Shown here: one piece after another, positions 1 through 13,337 of the stretch
Numbering within the stretch: the first letter of the stretch is position 1
Layout of the letters: each line of letters starts with the position of its first letter
From: Callorhinchus milii
Lineage: Eukaryota
DNA length: 64,000 nt
Assembly: GCF_018977255.1 (NCBI RefSeq)
Contig: NW_024704768.1
Location: forward strand, 4,340,001-4,404,000
Direction: 5' to 3'
Notes under the pieces: model-generated
What the model saw: the letters and a program-made list of their open reading frames with translations, nothing else
What the model was told of the DNA's origin: nothing
The model's database searches: none
Program-made: the position numbers and the translations under genes

Positions 1-1447
1 CACACTCTCTCTCTCTCAGCGTCTCGTAGTGGGAACCAGTGACATCCTGTAGTAGTAGTAGTAGTAATAATAATAATAATGATCCTGGCATTTGAGGCAG
101 AGCCTTATCGCGTCGTCGAGACGTCTCAAAGCACCTCACAGGGTACGCTGTAAAGGGCAGTGACTGTGGGCGAAACGCGGCAGCCGATTGCGCCCGGCGA
201 CGTCCCCACAAACAGTCGTGGATTGAGTGACCAAGATTTGTTTCGGGGGGGAGGGGGGGGGGAGGGCTTATTACCCCCCGGAAAACAACCTGGTTTCTGC
301 TTGCTGCTGGGTCAACAGAGGCGAGTGTGTGTGTGTGTGTGTGTGGAGTAAGGAAACTCGCCAAAGATTTCGCCCGCGCCCCCTTAGCAGCTCAACTACC
401 CACAAGTAGACCACACAACACCCAGTCACTACACTTTACAGTAAATCCCGTGAAGCGCCTCGAGACGTCTCGGCGACACTGTAAAGGGGTTGTGTCAAAC
501 GCAGCAATCGTTGTTATTTACCAAAATCTCTGGTCTGTCTCTCGTTTAAATGATAACAATCCTATCCTTGTCGGGAGGACAACCCGAGGTGCTGTGGGAT
601 TGACGGTAGAGTGCGGCCAATTCTTTTTGCGCACGGGCGTACAACCTGGGACTGTGTGCGCGGGAGCAGGGAAGGTGAGTTGCAGAGTCATGGGCGGAGG
701 GGGTGGGAGGTGCGGTTGGGGGTGTGGAGGGAGGCGGAATCCAGTTACCTGTCAAATCGATTGGGCTACGTTTGCTGGGAGTCAGACCAGTGGGAGACAA
801 CACCCTTGTGTTGCCTAACGAGGTGCAGACGAGAGCAAATTAATGTCTCTCTCTCTCTCTCTCTCTGTGGTATAGCACGTTGTAGAGTTCACCTGACTCC
901 TTGATCGTAAACCCGGTGGGATCTGCCGTAAGACCCTCTGCCTCCTCTCCCACCCACCCACCCACCCAGCGGTCGACTGACTCCCCGAACCATGTTACTG
1001 GGTAAGTTGATTTGATCTGCAGTCGTGTTAGCAAACACAGGACTGTTGGGCAGTCGCAGGGACTTTATTGTGGCTCTCTCTCTCCCTCTCTCTATCCTGT
1101 ATACACACTCACACCTCTACACTCACATACACACATACATACACACACTGCTCTACACACACTAATACGCACACACACACACACACCCCTCTTACACAAC
1201 GTGAAGTGTTTTGAGACGTCCTCCCAATGTCAAAGGCACTGTATAATAATAATAATAATAATAATCTTTGCACTGGATTCGATATCACACCTTATCGCGT
1301 CGTCGAGAACGTCTCAAAGCGCTTCTCGGGACCACACTGTGAACTGTAGTGAGTGTGCGCGTAGTTTGGGGGCGAAACCCGGCAGCCAATTGCCCCCAGC
1401 GACGTCCCCCACAAACAGCCGTGGAGCGAGCGACCAATTTTATCTGG

Positions 1448-1484
<37 letters not shown>

Positions 1485-2355
1485 TTCCTTCTCTTTTCGG
1501 GAGATCTTTAACGTCCACCTGAGCAGGGCACAGCCGGGGGTGGTTGGGGGGGGGGGCGGTGAGGTTTAACGTCTCACCCGAAGCATTTGGGTGGGGGGGG
1601 GTGGGAATTATCGTCCGGGGCATCTGACGATGGTCATGACCCAGCAGTTGCCGTAATCGCTCTGTACTGTCAAAGCTGCTGCCCCCCCCCCACAGCCTCT
1701 CCCCCCACAACCCCCCCCCACCCCACTCTCCCCCTGAGTTTCCGAGCTGAGGCTGGGAACAGAGAAGGGAAGCCTGAGGGTACGTTCCAGACCACGGCAG
1801 AAATGCCTTTGTTTCAGGTGTTAGCTGGGAGGCACAGAGAGAGAGAGACAGTGTGCGCGAGGGGTAGGAGGGAACGTGTCGCGCTGCGGAGGATCTTTCT
1901 GGGGACGTCGCTGTTCTTGTTTGGGTTTCCAGCTGCGTCCCCCGGACTGCCCCGTTTCGGGCCGAGCGAGAAAATAATCTGCCCCCCCCCCCCCCCCCCC
2001 CCCCCGTGGCGTAGCGGTTAGAGCTCTCCCCTTGCTCTCCTCTCAAGGGAGTTCGATTCCCTAGCGGGGTGGGGGAGGGGGGGGTGCAACGTTAAGCAGG
2101 TTTCACTCCACCCCCCCCACTACCAGACTCCCCCACCCACACACCCCCGCCACTCCTCCCCCCCCCCACACCACCACCACTCTCAAGCGCTCTGGGGCGC
2201 TATCCTGCGTGCGGAAAGCGCTGTGTTAATGCAAGTTGTGCTTCTTAATAATAATAATAATTATTCCCCCGGGTTGGACCCGGCGCCTGATCGCGTCTGA
2301 GATTCACGGGGTAGACTGTAAAGCGTAGCGACTGTGGTTTCCTCTTGTGTTGCAG

Positions 2356-5300
2356 GGGGTGCGAATGGCTTCGGGGGGCTCCAGGCTCTGGTGCCGACAC
2401 CCCCCAGACTGCTGCGGTCGTTGCTGGACGTGAAGCCCCTCATCTCCTTCCATTTCGATACAACCTCCGCCCCAGTCCAGCTCTTCCCAAACTTCAGCGC
2501 AGTGAGTATTCCCCCAAGACCTGCCCCCACCCCCGACTCACTCAACCTCAAACTCTACCCGGCTCTACCAACTGCAAGGACTATTATTATTATTGATCTT
2601 GTTCTTCCTTCCTTTACAGTTGGAGCCGGTGCAGAAGGCCATCATCAGCCACACGTTCGGAGTTCCTTTCAGCCCCAGGAAGAAACAGGCCATTTCCTGT
2701 CATGTCTGCCAACTGCGCTTCAATTCCCAGGTCAGGTCAGGTCCTGGGCACAAAGTGACTGTGAGACAGGAAGTGTCAGTGGGTCAAGGACAGACAGTGG
2801 CCGTGGGTCGGGGACAGGCAGTGAGGTGGAGGGGGCGAGGAGGTCATTTATTTTCCTGGATGTTGTGTGTTACAGAACCAAGCCGAGTCTCACTACAGAG
2901 GCAACAAACATGCCAGGAAGGTCAAGGGACTGGAGTCGAATAAGATGAAGCCCATCACAGCTGATCACCGGGGCAGTGACCAGTCCATTACCCCAAACCC
3001 CATCTCCAAAACAGCCGGGACCACTGAGCAACGCACCGACACCAACACCACCACCAACAACACACCAGGTTAGGCCACTCTCTCTGCTTCCTGACTCTAC
3101 CTTAATGTATGGAGTAATAACACTCCTAGTTAATAACTAGTAATAACACTCCTAGTTAATAAGCAGTAATAATACTCTCGAGCTGATGTGCAAAGCGCAA
3201 AATCCGAGTTAATTTGGCTGCCGTGTTTCGTCCACAAAACACACGTCACTACACTTCGCAGTCTATCCTGTGATGCGCTTTGAGACGTCACGAAGACTTG
3301 TGATAAGGCGCTGTATCAACACAGGGATTATTATGATGATGATGATTAATTGGGTATCTCCCTCTGGCAGCACCTGGTTCCTTGGTGGTTGGACCAAAGT
3401 ATCTCTCTGCTTCTTCTCCCCTGATCCCGGCCGACCCCCAGTGGGTTCCGGCCTCATCCTGGACTCCGGAGCCCCAGACCAGCTCCCCATCCCGGGCATG
3501 TCCGAGAGTCTCACCGTGGATACCGGGACCTGCCGTGAGCCCGAGGAGGACAAGGCGAAGAGGTTGCTTTACTGCTCGCTCTGCAAAGTCGTGGTGAACT
3601 CACGCTCACAGCTACAAGCTCACAACACCGGTGAGCAACCAACCTCTGTCTCTCTCTCTCTCTTTCTCTTGTAGTCTCGAGGACATGATATGAAACGCGA
3701 GGATTATTATTATTATCAGGCGCTCTGGGGCGCTGTTCTGCCTGAGGGGAGCTGTGTAAAAACGCTGGTTGTTGTGGTTGTAATAATAATAAATAATCTT
3801 AATAAATCGGTCGCTCGACCCACGGCTGTTTGTGGGGGACGTCGCTGGGCCCAATCGGCTGCTGCGTTTCGCCCACAAAATACACAGTCACTACACTTGA
3901 CAGTGTGTTCTGCGAAGCGCTTTGAGACTTGACAGTGTGTCCTGCGAAGCGCTTTGAGACGTCTCGAAGACATGATGAGGCGCTGTATCAAACGCGAAGA
4001 TTTATTACTGTTGATGTTGTATTGTAATCACTTGTGGATTTTTTTGCCCATTTCAACTCAGGCACCAAACACAAGGCCTTGGTGGAAGCCCACAGTGGGG
4101 CAGGTCCTATAAAGGTCTACCCCAGGTCCAGCCGGAAGGTCAAAGCTCAGACCATCTTGGCTTGTGGTTTACAGGAGAAGAACTTCCATTGCCAGCTGTG
4201 TGACGTTCGCGTCCACTCCGATCTGCAGCTCAAGCAGGTGAACGAAGAGCTCGAGTTGCCAGCTCGCCCCGACTCTAGGCTGTAACGTCCCCGTAGCTCA
4301 GGGGTTGGCGAGAGAGAGGACCCGGGTTCGATTCCCGGGCGGGTCAGGTCAGGGCGAAACCTTAGGCAAGTTTCCTTACGCCCCACAAACACCCACCCAC
4401 TCGCTCGCGCGCGCACACACAGAAACAGNNNNNNNNNNNNNNNNNNNNNNNNNNNNNNNNNNNNNNNNNNNNNNNNNNNNNNNNNNNNNNNNNNNNNNNN
4501 NNNNNNNNNNNNNNNNNNNNNNNNNNNNNNNNNNNNNNNNNNNNNNNNNNNNNNNNNNNNNNNNNNNTAGGTAAGTAGGAACCCGGTTGCTGGTCGACTG
4601 GAGGATCACTTTCTGCTCCACCATCAGCCACAACACCCTGTCACTCTCTCCCTCAATCCCTCCTCCTCGCCCCCCCCCCACCCCCTCCTTCCCCATCTTC
4701 AGGTCATGCTTGAAGACCTTCCTCTTCGACCCACAGTGCCTAAAGGTCACCTCCCCCCTCCCCCCGGTTGCCTGCACCGCAACCCCCTCTTTGCCCGTTT
4801 CCAGATCACGAGTGAAGACCTTCCTATTCGACCGCGTTTATGGTCACGAGTGATCGGCGCTGCGTAAATGCGAGTTGTTGTTGTTGTTTTTCAGCACATT
4901 TCCAGCAGGAAACACAAGGAGAGAGTCGGAAGGAAGACTTCGAGGTCCAAGTACAATCCCTACAGCAAACAGCACAGACACATCGCAACACCAGTGAGTC
5001 CGTCTGCCCCTCTGTCTATCTGTCTGTCCCTCTGTCTTTCTGTCTGTCCCTCTGTCTGTCTCTGTCTGTCTGTCTGTCTGTGGGACTGATTATCCTTCTT
5101 ATTTTTTTCCGCCGTCCTTCAGATGAGTCGTTAAACCTCTCTCCCCCTCCCCGTCTGTGCCCTGTTGAGGCGAACGTTTCTCCGCTCCGGCCCGGTTGGG
5201 AAAGAGAAGGGAGTTTCTCTCTCTCTCTCTCTCTCTGGCTCAGTATCCTGCCCCCCCGCAACCCCCACCCAAATAAAATCGGTCACTCACTCCACGACTG

Positions 5301-5749
5301 TCTGTGGGGGACGTCGCTGGGCGCAATCGGCTGCCGCGTTTCACCCACAAAACACACAGTCACTACCCTTTGCAGTGTATCCCACGAAGCGCTTTGAGGC
5401 GGCAAATACAAGTTGTTGTCGTGTTTTGTTCTTGTTTCGTCTTTGGTCCAACCCGTGACTTTGGGTCTTCTCTTCCTCTCTCTCTCTCTCTCTCTTACAG
5501 AGGACGCAACTCGGACTGACAAAGGAGCTCCCGAAGCCGGGCGGGGGATTGCTTCCCATTCCCTCTGGGTTTACTCCCCCCACGCTGTCCGCTCTCTGCC
5601 CCCCCTCCCCCTCCTCCTCCTCCTCGCTGTCTCTCCACCCCTTAAACTCGACCATTGTGGCAGCGACAGCCTTGACCCGAGCTCTCCTCCGATCTGCCCT
5701 GAGTCCCGCCCACACGTCCTTCCCCCCTATCCTCTTCGCCCCATATTAA
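2356..5749 (+). CDS. ZNF385A: Zinc finger protein 385A (matrin-type RNA-binding ZF, Hzf); start exon not located
   Basis: Frame-consistent GT-AG exons: 2356-2501, 2620-2730, 2876-3068, 3442-3630, 4062-4237, 4895-4993, 5501-5749 (TAA). Three fingers: [69 protein letters not shown]. Ends PILFAPY like the ZNF385 family. Paralog A is inferred from '[15 protein letters not shown]' and 12q13-like neighbours. Confidence 0.85.
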
Positions 5750-6757
5750 CGGGGATTGGGGGTGACGGGGAGGAGGTGGAGGGGGGGGTGAGGAAGTCGG
5801 GGGGAGGGGGTGTCTGCTAACCTGATGACTCCCGAACCTGACTTCTTCCGTTTCGAACAATGAACTTCAGACAAAGACCTCTGCGATGTTACGGCAGTCA
5901 AGGAGGAATATTATTATTATTATTATTATAAATGACATTAGATTATTATTATTATTATTATTGGTAGCGTCCCTGTAGCTCAGGGGTTGGACCCCTCGCA
6001 GGCGAGAGGAGCCGGGTTCGAGTCCCAGATGGGAGAGGGTGAAAGACACAGTCAATTGGCTTTACAGCGTATCCCGCGAAGCGCTTTGAGACGTCTCAAC
6101 GACGCGATGAGGCTCTGTATCAAAAGCCAGGATTATTATTAATATAATAATTGGGCTGTTCAGGCGGACGTTAAAGATCTCGCGACGCTATTCAAAAAGA
6201 GAAGGGAGTTTGTCCTGATCGACAAGTCGCCAAAATAAAATTGTCCCTCCAACTTCACGGCTATTTTGTTGGACACGTTTGTGTGTGTGTAAATTGGCTA
6301 TGAAAGCACAGTCACTTCACGTTTCCGGTGTATCCCGTGAAGCGCTTTGAGACATCCCAAAGACACACACAGACACACACACACACACACACAGAGCGTC
6401 TCGATGCCCTGCGAGAGACAGTCTCGGTAAACGTTGGGGCCTTAAAGCTTCCCTTCCACCCTCTCTTCCCCCCGTGCCCCCCCCGGCCCCCCGCCCAGCT
6501 GCCTTGGGGGGAGGGGAAAAGTGGTGGGGGGGGGGGGAAGAGAAGGTCGTTGCGATCAGTACAGTTTGAAGCCTCAGTATAATGGGACTCCATCGGTTTG
6601 CCCGGCTCTTGCTCTCTCTAACAACCCCCCACGGCAGCCTCAGCTCAGCTCCCAGTGCCACGTACCAGGTTGGCATCAGCTGCCCTCCTCACCAACAGCT
6701 GTGCCAGTGATGCCTTGCTCCATCCATCGGGGTCTCAGTTTCACAGCTCCTGTAGTG

Positions 6758-6986
6758 TGGGGGGGGGGGGGGGGGGAGAGAGTGGGAGGGGGGGTGAGGG
6801 GGGGGAGAGAGAGTGGGGGGGGAGAGAGAGAGGTGGGGGGGGAGAGAGAGGGGGGGGGGGAAGAGAGAGGGGGTGGGGGGGAGAGAGAGGAGGTGGGGGG
6901 GGAAAGAGAGAGTTGGGGGGGAGAGAGAGAGGGGGTGGGGGGGAAAGAGAGAGTTGGGGGGGAGAGAGAGAGGGGGTGGGGGGGGA
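6758..6986. repeat. Purine-rich G-run/GA tandem repeat
   Basis: About 20-bp units of G5-10 followed by (AG)n. Confidence 0.85.
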
Positions 6987-7242
6987 ATGGCAGGAACGCA
7001 AACCTCAGCCAAGACAGTGAGAGTCCTCTCCTTTCTAAGAGAGAGAGAGAGAGAGAGAGTGAGATGGAGGCACCGATAATACACATACAGAGCGCACGGC
7101 TCGTACACGGCAGCGCTGTAGTGCTGTGGTTGGAGCCCTCACCTCCATAGCGAGGGGTCCCGAGGCCAATCCCCGGCCACCGTGACAGCTCAGGCACGTT
7201 TTCTTGACGCCACACACATACACTGGAGTATGTAGCTCAGTG

Positions 7243-7579
7243 TGGAGTCCTGTAGCTCAGTGGTAAGAGCACTCGCTTTGCAATCGAGAGACCTGAGTTC
7301 AATTCCAGGCAGAGGGCGAAACCTCGGGCAAGTTTCCTTACTCCACACAGAGCCTAATAATAATCCTCCAAAACCAAAAACAATAATAAATTGGTCATTT
7401 TCAATCTACGACTGTTTTGTTGGGGACATTGCTGTGCGCAATTGGCCGCCGCGTTCGCCCACAAATATACAGTCAATTCACTTTACAGTGTGTTCTGTGA
7501 AGCGCTTTGGGACGTCCACCCGACGTGAAAAGCGCTATATCAAATGCAAGGATTATTATTATTATTATTATTATTATTA
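7243..7579 (+). mobile_element. tRNA-derived SINE with L2-like 3' tail (representative copy)
   Basis: Head GGAGTCCTGTAGCTCAGTGG (A box) and GTTCAATTCC (B box), body, AAGCGCTTTG...AAATGCAAGGA(TTA)n tail. Dozens of full or partial copies occur across the window. Confidence 0.85.
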
Positions 7580-8897
7580 CACTCACATACACACACACAC
7601 TCGCACACGTACTCACACACACACACGCACGCACTCACACGCACGCTCANNNNNNNNNNNNNNNNNNNNNNNNNNNNNNNNNNNNNNNNNNNNNNNNNNN
7701 NNNNNNNNNNNNNNNNNNNNNNNNNNNNNNNNNNNNNNNNNNNNNNNNNNNNNNNNNNNNNNNNNNNNNNNNNNNNNNNNNNNNNNNNNNNNNNNNNNNN
7801 NNNNNNNNNNNNNNNNNNNNNNNNNNNNNNNNNNNNNNNNNNNNNNNNNNNNNNNNNNNNNNNNNNNNNNNNNNNNNNNNNNNNNNNNNNNNNNNNNNNN
7901 NNNNNNNNNNNNNCACTCACACACACACTCGCACAGACGCACTCACACACATACACACACACACACATGCACTCACACAGACACACGTGTGCCTGTGTTT
8001 GCTCAGCAGTGAGTAGGGATCCGGTTGTTACTTGATTCGCGGATTGCTTTACGGGGCTTTAATTATCCCTTTTTTTTAAAAAAAACACACAATACCAATA
8101 ATAAATTTGGTCACTCAAACCCCGAGTGTTTGTGGGGACGTCGCTGCGCGCAATCGGCTGCCGCTTTTCACCCACAAAACACACAGTCACTACACTTTAC
8201 AAACAAGAGCTTTGAGACATCTCGGCGATGTGCTGAGGCGCTTATTATTATTATTACTACATTATCACTACATTATTACTGTCATGTTATTACTATTATA
8301 TTATAACTTTATTATTACTATTATTACTCTATTATTACTATTATATTATTATTACTACTATTATATTATTACTACTATTATATTATTACTACTATTATTA
8401 CTACATTATTACTACTGTATTATTACTATTGTTACTACATTCAGCGCCTTGGGACGTCCTCCTGACGTGAAAGGCGCTTTATAAATGGAATCTTGTTGTT
8501 GTTGTTGTACATTGTTACTGATATTATTATTACTATTACTATTACTGTGGCGTAATGCTCCGCCACTGTCTAAGCGCTCCGGGACGCTGCGCCGCGTGAG
8601 GGAAGGGAACGCTGTGTAAGTGCAAGTTGTTGGACGCTGAACGACTGGTTGGACGGTGAGTGAGTGGTTCAGAGATTTAACTGATTAACGAGCAAATGGC
8701 TGTGTCTGATTCCTCGGTGGTCGGTGAGCAGCTGAAGGTGGTTCACTGCCCTTGCGATCGGAAGAGAGAGAGGGAGGGAGGGAGAGAGAGAGAGAGAGAG
8801 AGGGAGGGAGGGAGAGAAAGAGAAAAAAAAACAGAAAACGAGTGGTCTTTAAAGCCACACATCCTCCGGGGAAACACCAGTGAGAAGTGACCCTCCT

Positions 8898-11663
8898 ATG
8901 GCTCTCCATTTCGAGACGATGATGGAGTATAAGGCGATGTATTCCTACGAGAAGCGATTGGATAGCTTCAGAGAGTGGCCGTTCACCGAGCGCTGCCTGA
9001 GCACTCCGGAGAACGTGAGTGAGTTCTGATCGGGAGCGGAAATCGCCTCGAAAACCTCTTTGAGCGTCACGATAGGAAAGGACGGCCTTTCCAGCCCACA
9101 ACCGTAGGCGGTCGCTGCGCTTTACGGCGTATGCTGCCCGAGCGCTTTTCAGACGTCTCGAAGACTTGATAGGGCGCTGTGTCACAGGCGCAGAGACCAA
9201 TTAATGGTGAAATTCACTGCTCTCTTCAAGTGACCTCTTGTGATGTCTCACAATGTCTTAAGTGTTAAGACTCCTATTTTCTTCTCTCTTACTGTGTGTA
9301 TATTTATACATATACATATATATATGACTCTCTCTGTGTCTCTCTGACTCTGTCTCTCGCTCTCCCTCTCTGTCTGTCTCTCCCTCTCTCTGTCTCTCCC
9401 TCTCTCGGACTCTCTCTGTGTCCCCTCTCTCTGTCTCTCCCTCTCTCTGTCTCTCCCTCTCTCTGACTCTCTCTGTCTCTCCCTCTCCCTCTCTCTGACT
9501 CTCTCTGGCTCTCTGTCTCCCTCTCTCTCTGACTCTCCCTCTCTCTGTCTCTCCCTCTCTGACTCTCTCTGTCTCTCCCTCTCTCTGTCTCTCCCTCTCT
9601 CTGCTCTCCCTCTCTGACTCTCTCTGTCTCTCCCTCTCTGACTCTCTCTGTCTCCCCCTCTCTGACTCTCTCTGTCTCTCCATCTCTCCCTCTCTCTGAC
9701 TCTCTCTGTCTCTCCCTCTCCCTCTCTCTGACTCTCCCTCTCTCNNNNNNNNNNNNNNNNNNNNNNNNNNNNNNNNNNNNNNNNNNNNNNNNNNNNNNNN
9801 NNNNNNNNNNNNNNNNNNNNNNNNNNNNNNNNNNNNNNNNNNNNNNNNNNNNNNNNNNNNNNNNNNNNNNNNNNNNNNNNNNNNNNNNNNNNNNNNNNNC
9901 CGGCTTTATCCACTTTCCTGGTCCCAATAACCCCGATGTGGTGATCTGCTTTTTCTGTCTGAAGGAACTGGACAACTGGGAACCTGAGGATGACCCCTGG
10001 TTTGTGCTATTTGTATCTGGAGTCGGGGGGAGAGAGAAAGAGAGAGTGTGTGTGTGTTGTATGTATGTTGTGCGTGTGCTGTGCGTGTTCGTATGTGTGT
10101 AAACTATCCCTTTGAGTTTAGAGGGTTGAGGGGGAATCTGATTGAGAATTCTAAAACGCTAAAGGGATTCGAGAGGGCGGCTACAGGGAAACTGCGGGGT
10201 GGGGTGGGGGCGAATCCAGAACGAGGTGGGGCATCAGGTTATAATTAGAGACGGCCCATTTAGGAGGGAAACCAGGGGAGTTGGTTCGCTCTCTCGCCCC
10301 CCCCCCACCCCAAAAGGCTATGGATTCCGGGTGGATCCATTCACATTGTCCAGACTGAGGTGGCGGGATTATTTGTCTGGTCAGGGGATCGAGGGATACG
10401 GGGCGACGATGAGGTACAGATCAGCCGTGGTCTTATAGAATGGCGGAACAGGCTCCAGGGGCTGAATGGCCTCTTCCTGTAATATCCATGAGATGTTATG
10501 ATCTGAAAGGCTGGGGGTGGAAGCAGATTCAAGAGGCGCTTTCAAAAGGGAATTGGATAGGGACTTAAAAAAGGGCTTTGGGGGGTAAGAGCGGGGGAGT
10601 GAGTGGGAATAGTTGGGGTAAGAGCGAATGGGACTAGTTGGTGGCTCTTTCAAAGAGCTGGCACAGGCCCAATGGGCTGAATGGCCTCCTTCTGTGCTGT
10701 AAGATTCTATGTGCGTTTTGCCCACAAAACACACAGTCACTGCACTCTACAGTGTATCCTGAGAAGCGCTTTGAGACGTCTCGACGATGCGATAAGGCGC
10801 TGTATCAAACGCAAGGATCATTATTATTCTAACTTGTCTCTTTCTCCCCCCTTCCCCCACCCCCCACCCCCCCAAAAAAAAAAACACTTCAGGAAAGAAC
10901 ATCAGAGCCACTCTCCAAACTGTGGGTTTCTGGCCCTGAAGAGCGATGTGGATGATATCACTGTGGAAGAATTCTTAAAGTTGGAGATGGAAAGACTAAA
11001 AATTTATATGGTAAACACTGGGGGCAGTGACTGCAGGTTTTTGTGCGCGTGTGCGTGTTTTTGTTTGCGTGTTCACTTGCACGCCTCCGTTTGCCTAACA
11101 GGAAGTTGGGACCCGCTTGTTAGTCGATTGGCAGATCACTTTTCCGGGGGTAGTAATCCCTGAGAGAAGACGATAATAATTTGGTCGCTCAGTCCCGCGG
11201 CTGTTTGTGGGGGACGCTGCTGTGTGCGATTGGCTGCCCGCAAAATACACAGCCACTACACTCACTTTATGGTGTATTCCGAGAAGCGCTTTGAGACGTC
11301 TCGAAGACGTGATAAGGCGCTGTACGGAATGCAAGTGTTATTATTATTAATGGGGAAAGAGCGGGGGGGGGTGGGAGTAATTTGGTGGGGCTCTTCCAAA
11401 GAGCCTGCACAGGCACGATGGGCCGAACGGCCTCCTCCTGCGCTGCAATATGATGATAATAATCATAAAAATATTAATAATAATCCTTGCATTTGATATA
11501 GCGGCGCCGTACAAATGGTGCGTTCAGTGATTCTAAGCTCCGTGTTGATTGCGGTGATCTTTTGTAGAGGAAAGTGGCGTCCGATCGAATGAGCCGTTTC
11601 AAGATAGAGATTGAGAGAGCAAGAAAGAGGATAGTGGAAGATCTGTCCTCCAGTCACGTGTAA
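8898..11663 (+). CDS. BIRC5: Survivin-like BIR protein (birc5b-like paralog), about 146 aa
   Basis: Exons 8898-9014 ([20 protein letters not shown]), about 9890-9999 (5' end in N gap; [33 protein letters not shown]), 10893-11010 ([13 protein letters not shown]...), 11568-11663 (TAA). The Cys-Cys-His-Cys zinc ligands and the TP CDK1 site are present. AATAAA at 11731 and 11763. Confidence 0.9.
9325..9744. repeat. CT-rich compound microsatellite
   Basis: (CT)n interrupted by CTGT, CTGA and CCCT; runs into an N gap. Confidence 0.9.
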
Positions 11664-13337
11664 GAAGAGACTACCCAACGAGGCTTCTAAATCTTCCCTT
11701 CGCGTCGCTCCTCGAGAATGAGTATTCCTAAATAAAAAAAAATCCTTTCAATTTTTAAAAACAATAAATATGCAGAGCTTTAATGGGTTTTTTTTTTAAC
11801 AAAAAAAAGCACAGGCACGTTCACGAGGTTGGTTCGCTTGGAGAAGACCCTTTGGTCCATTCGATCTCATCCCTCCTTCCATCCAACAGCCTGAAATGGC
11901 CCCAAGGTGACGTGTTTGGCCACAGAATATCTGCCCGACCTGAGCCTGATACTCTCCGGAATTAGGTAAGCAAGATGCATCCCTCTGGGGAGAGAGAGAG
12001 AGAGAGAGAGCGTATTCCATTCCAACAACCTATCGCAGGGATTTCCGTGTGTAGTTGGGAGGCCTGGAATTCCCAGTTGGGTTTGGAGACTCTTAAGCAT
12101 GTCTTCGAGATGTCTTCCTGGTGTGAAAGGTGCCGTATAAAGCCACTCTGCTGCCATCCGGCCACCGGGTGGACAGCGGGACACAGACGTAATAATTCCC
12201 TGATGCATCGCCTTATGTCTTTGAGACGTGATAAGGCGCTGTATCAAATGCAAGTATTATTTTTAATTATTATTAATGGGTATTGTGTCTCTCTCCTCCC
12301 CCTCTCTCTCTTCCTCTCCCCCTCTCCCCCTCTCTCTCTCTCTCTCCCTCTCTCTCTCTCTGAGAACAAGTGATTAAAGATTAGTTTCCGGAGAGGATCT
12401 GCAATTGAAATGCTGAGTGTGTGGTGGAGAGACGGGGTGATTATACATACCTGCCTCGAGTCTGATTGGGAAACTTTAAGCCCCCGTCAGGATCAGTTAA
12501 TCTCTCAATCCAACAGTGAGCGAATGTGCATTGCGGAGCGCCTTGAAGAGAGCCACAGGACCCGGGTTCGATTCCCGGGCGGGTCGGGGCGAAACCTTAG
12601 GCAAGTTTCCTTACTCACCCCCCCCACCCCACACACACACACACACACACACACCACGCTGTGAGACGTCTCAACGGACGTGAATTGACTGTATTTTGTG
12701 GGCGAAACGTGGCAGCCAACGGCGCACGGCAGCGTCCCCACAAACAGCCGTGGATTGAACGGGAGGGCACCCACCCAGCATTGAGATATCCCCACCCCCA
12801 CCCCACCGACCCCACCCACACCGCAACCCAAATAAGATAAGCGAGCATGAGCAGGAAGCAAAAGAAAAGTCAAAATGCCTTTGGAGTTTTGATCCCATCT
12901 TTAATTGCAGTTAAACATCAGTTTTAAAAAAAATGTCGTTAATCTCTTCGGTGTCGTATATATATATATATATGTTAAAAAAATTATTGAACAACTTACA
13001 AAAGGTAAGTTGTTGTCGTGCCCGGTCTCCTTCAGGTCCCCCCCGCACTTCCCGCCCCACCATCAGCGAGTGGGCATCCAGCATCTCTGCTGCCCCCCAT
13101 CACCCTCTGGGACTCTATCCCCCATTCCCACCCACCTCCCTTGCCTCCTTCAAGTCCCGTCAAAGGCCTTTGCCTTCAGCCACCCTCCCACCCCTCGAAT
13201 AAAGACCCCCACCCCCCTGCCCTCCTCCCCTCCTGACCCCAACTCCCAGCTCGGGTCCAAAATAACCCCCCAAAATAAACCCACGCCCTGGGACGTCTTC
13301 GTCATATACAAACGCAATGTGTTGTCGTCGTAGCAGT

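Noticed and set aside
160-2300. Assorted ORFs and a possible znf385a start exon
   Set aside because: Translations are repeat or low-complexity. I could not identify a convincing ATG exon with a phase-1 donor.
7243-7320. tRNA-like sequences with A and B boxes (many copies)
   Set aside because: They are SINE heads that continue into the SINE body, not standalone tRNA genes.
11740-11770. Possible cytoplasmic polyadenylation element in the birc5 3' UTR
   Set aside because: TTTTTAAAA does not match the CPE consensus UUUUA(A)U.
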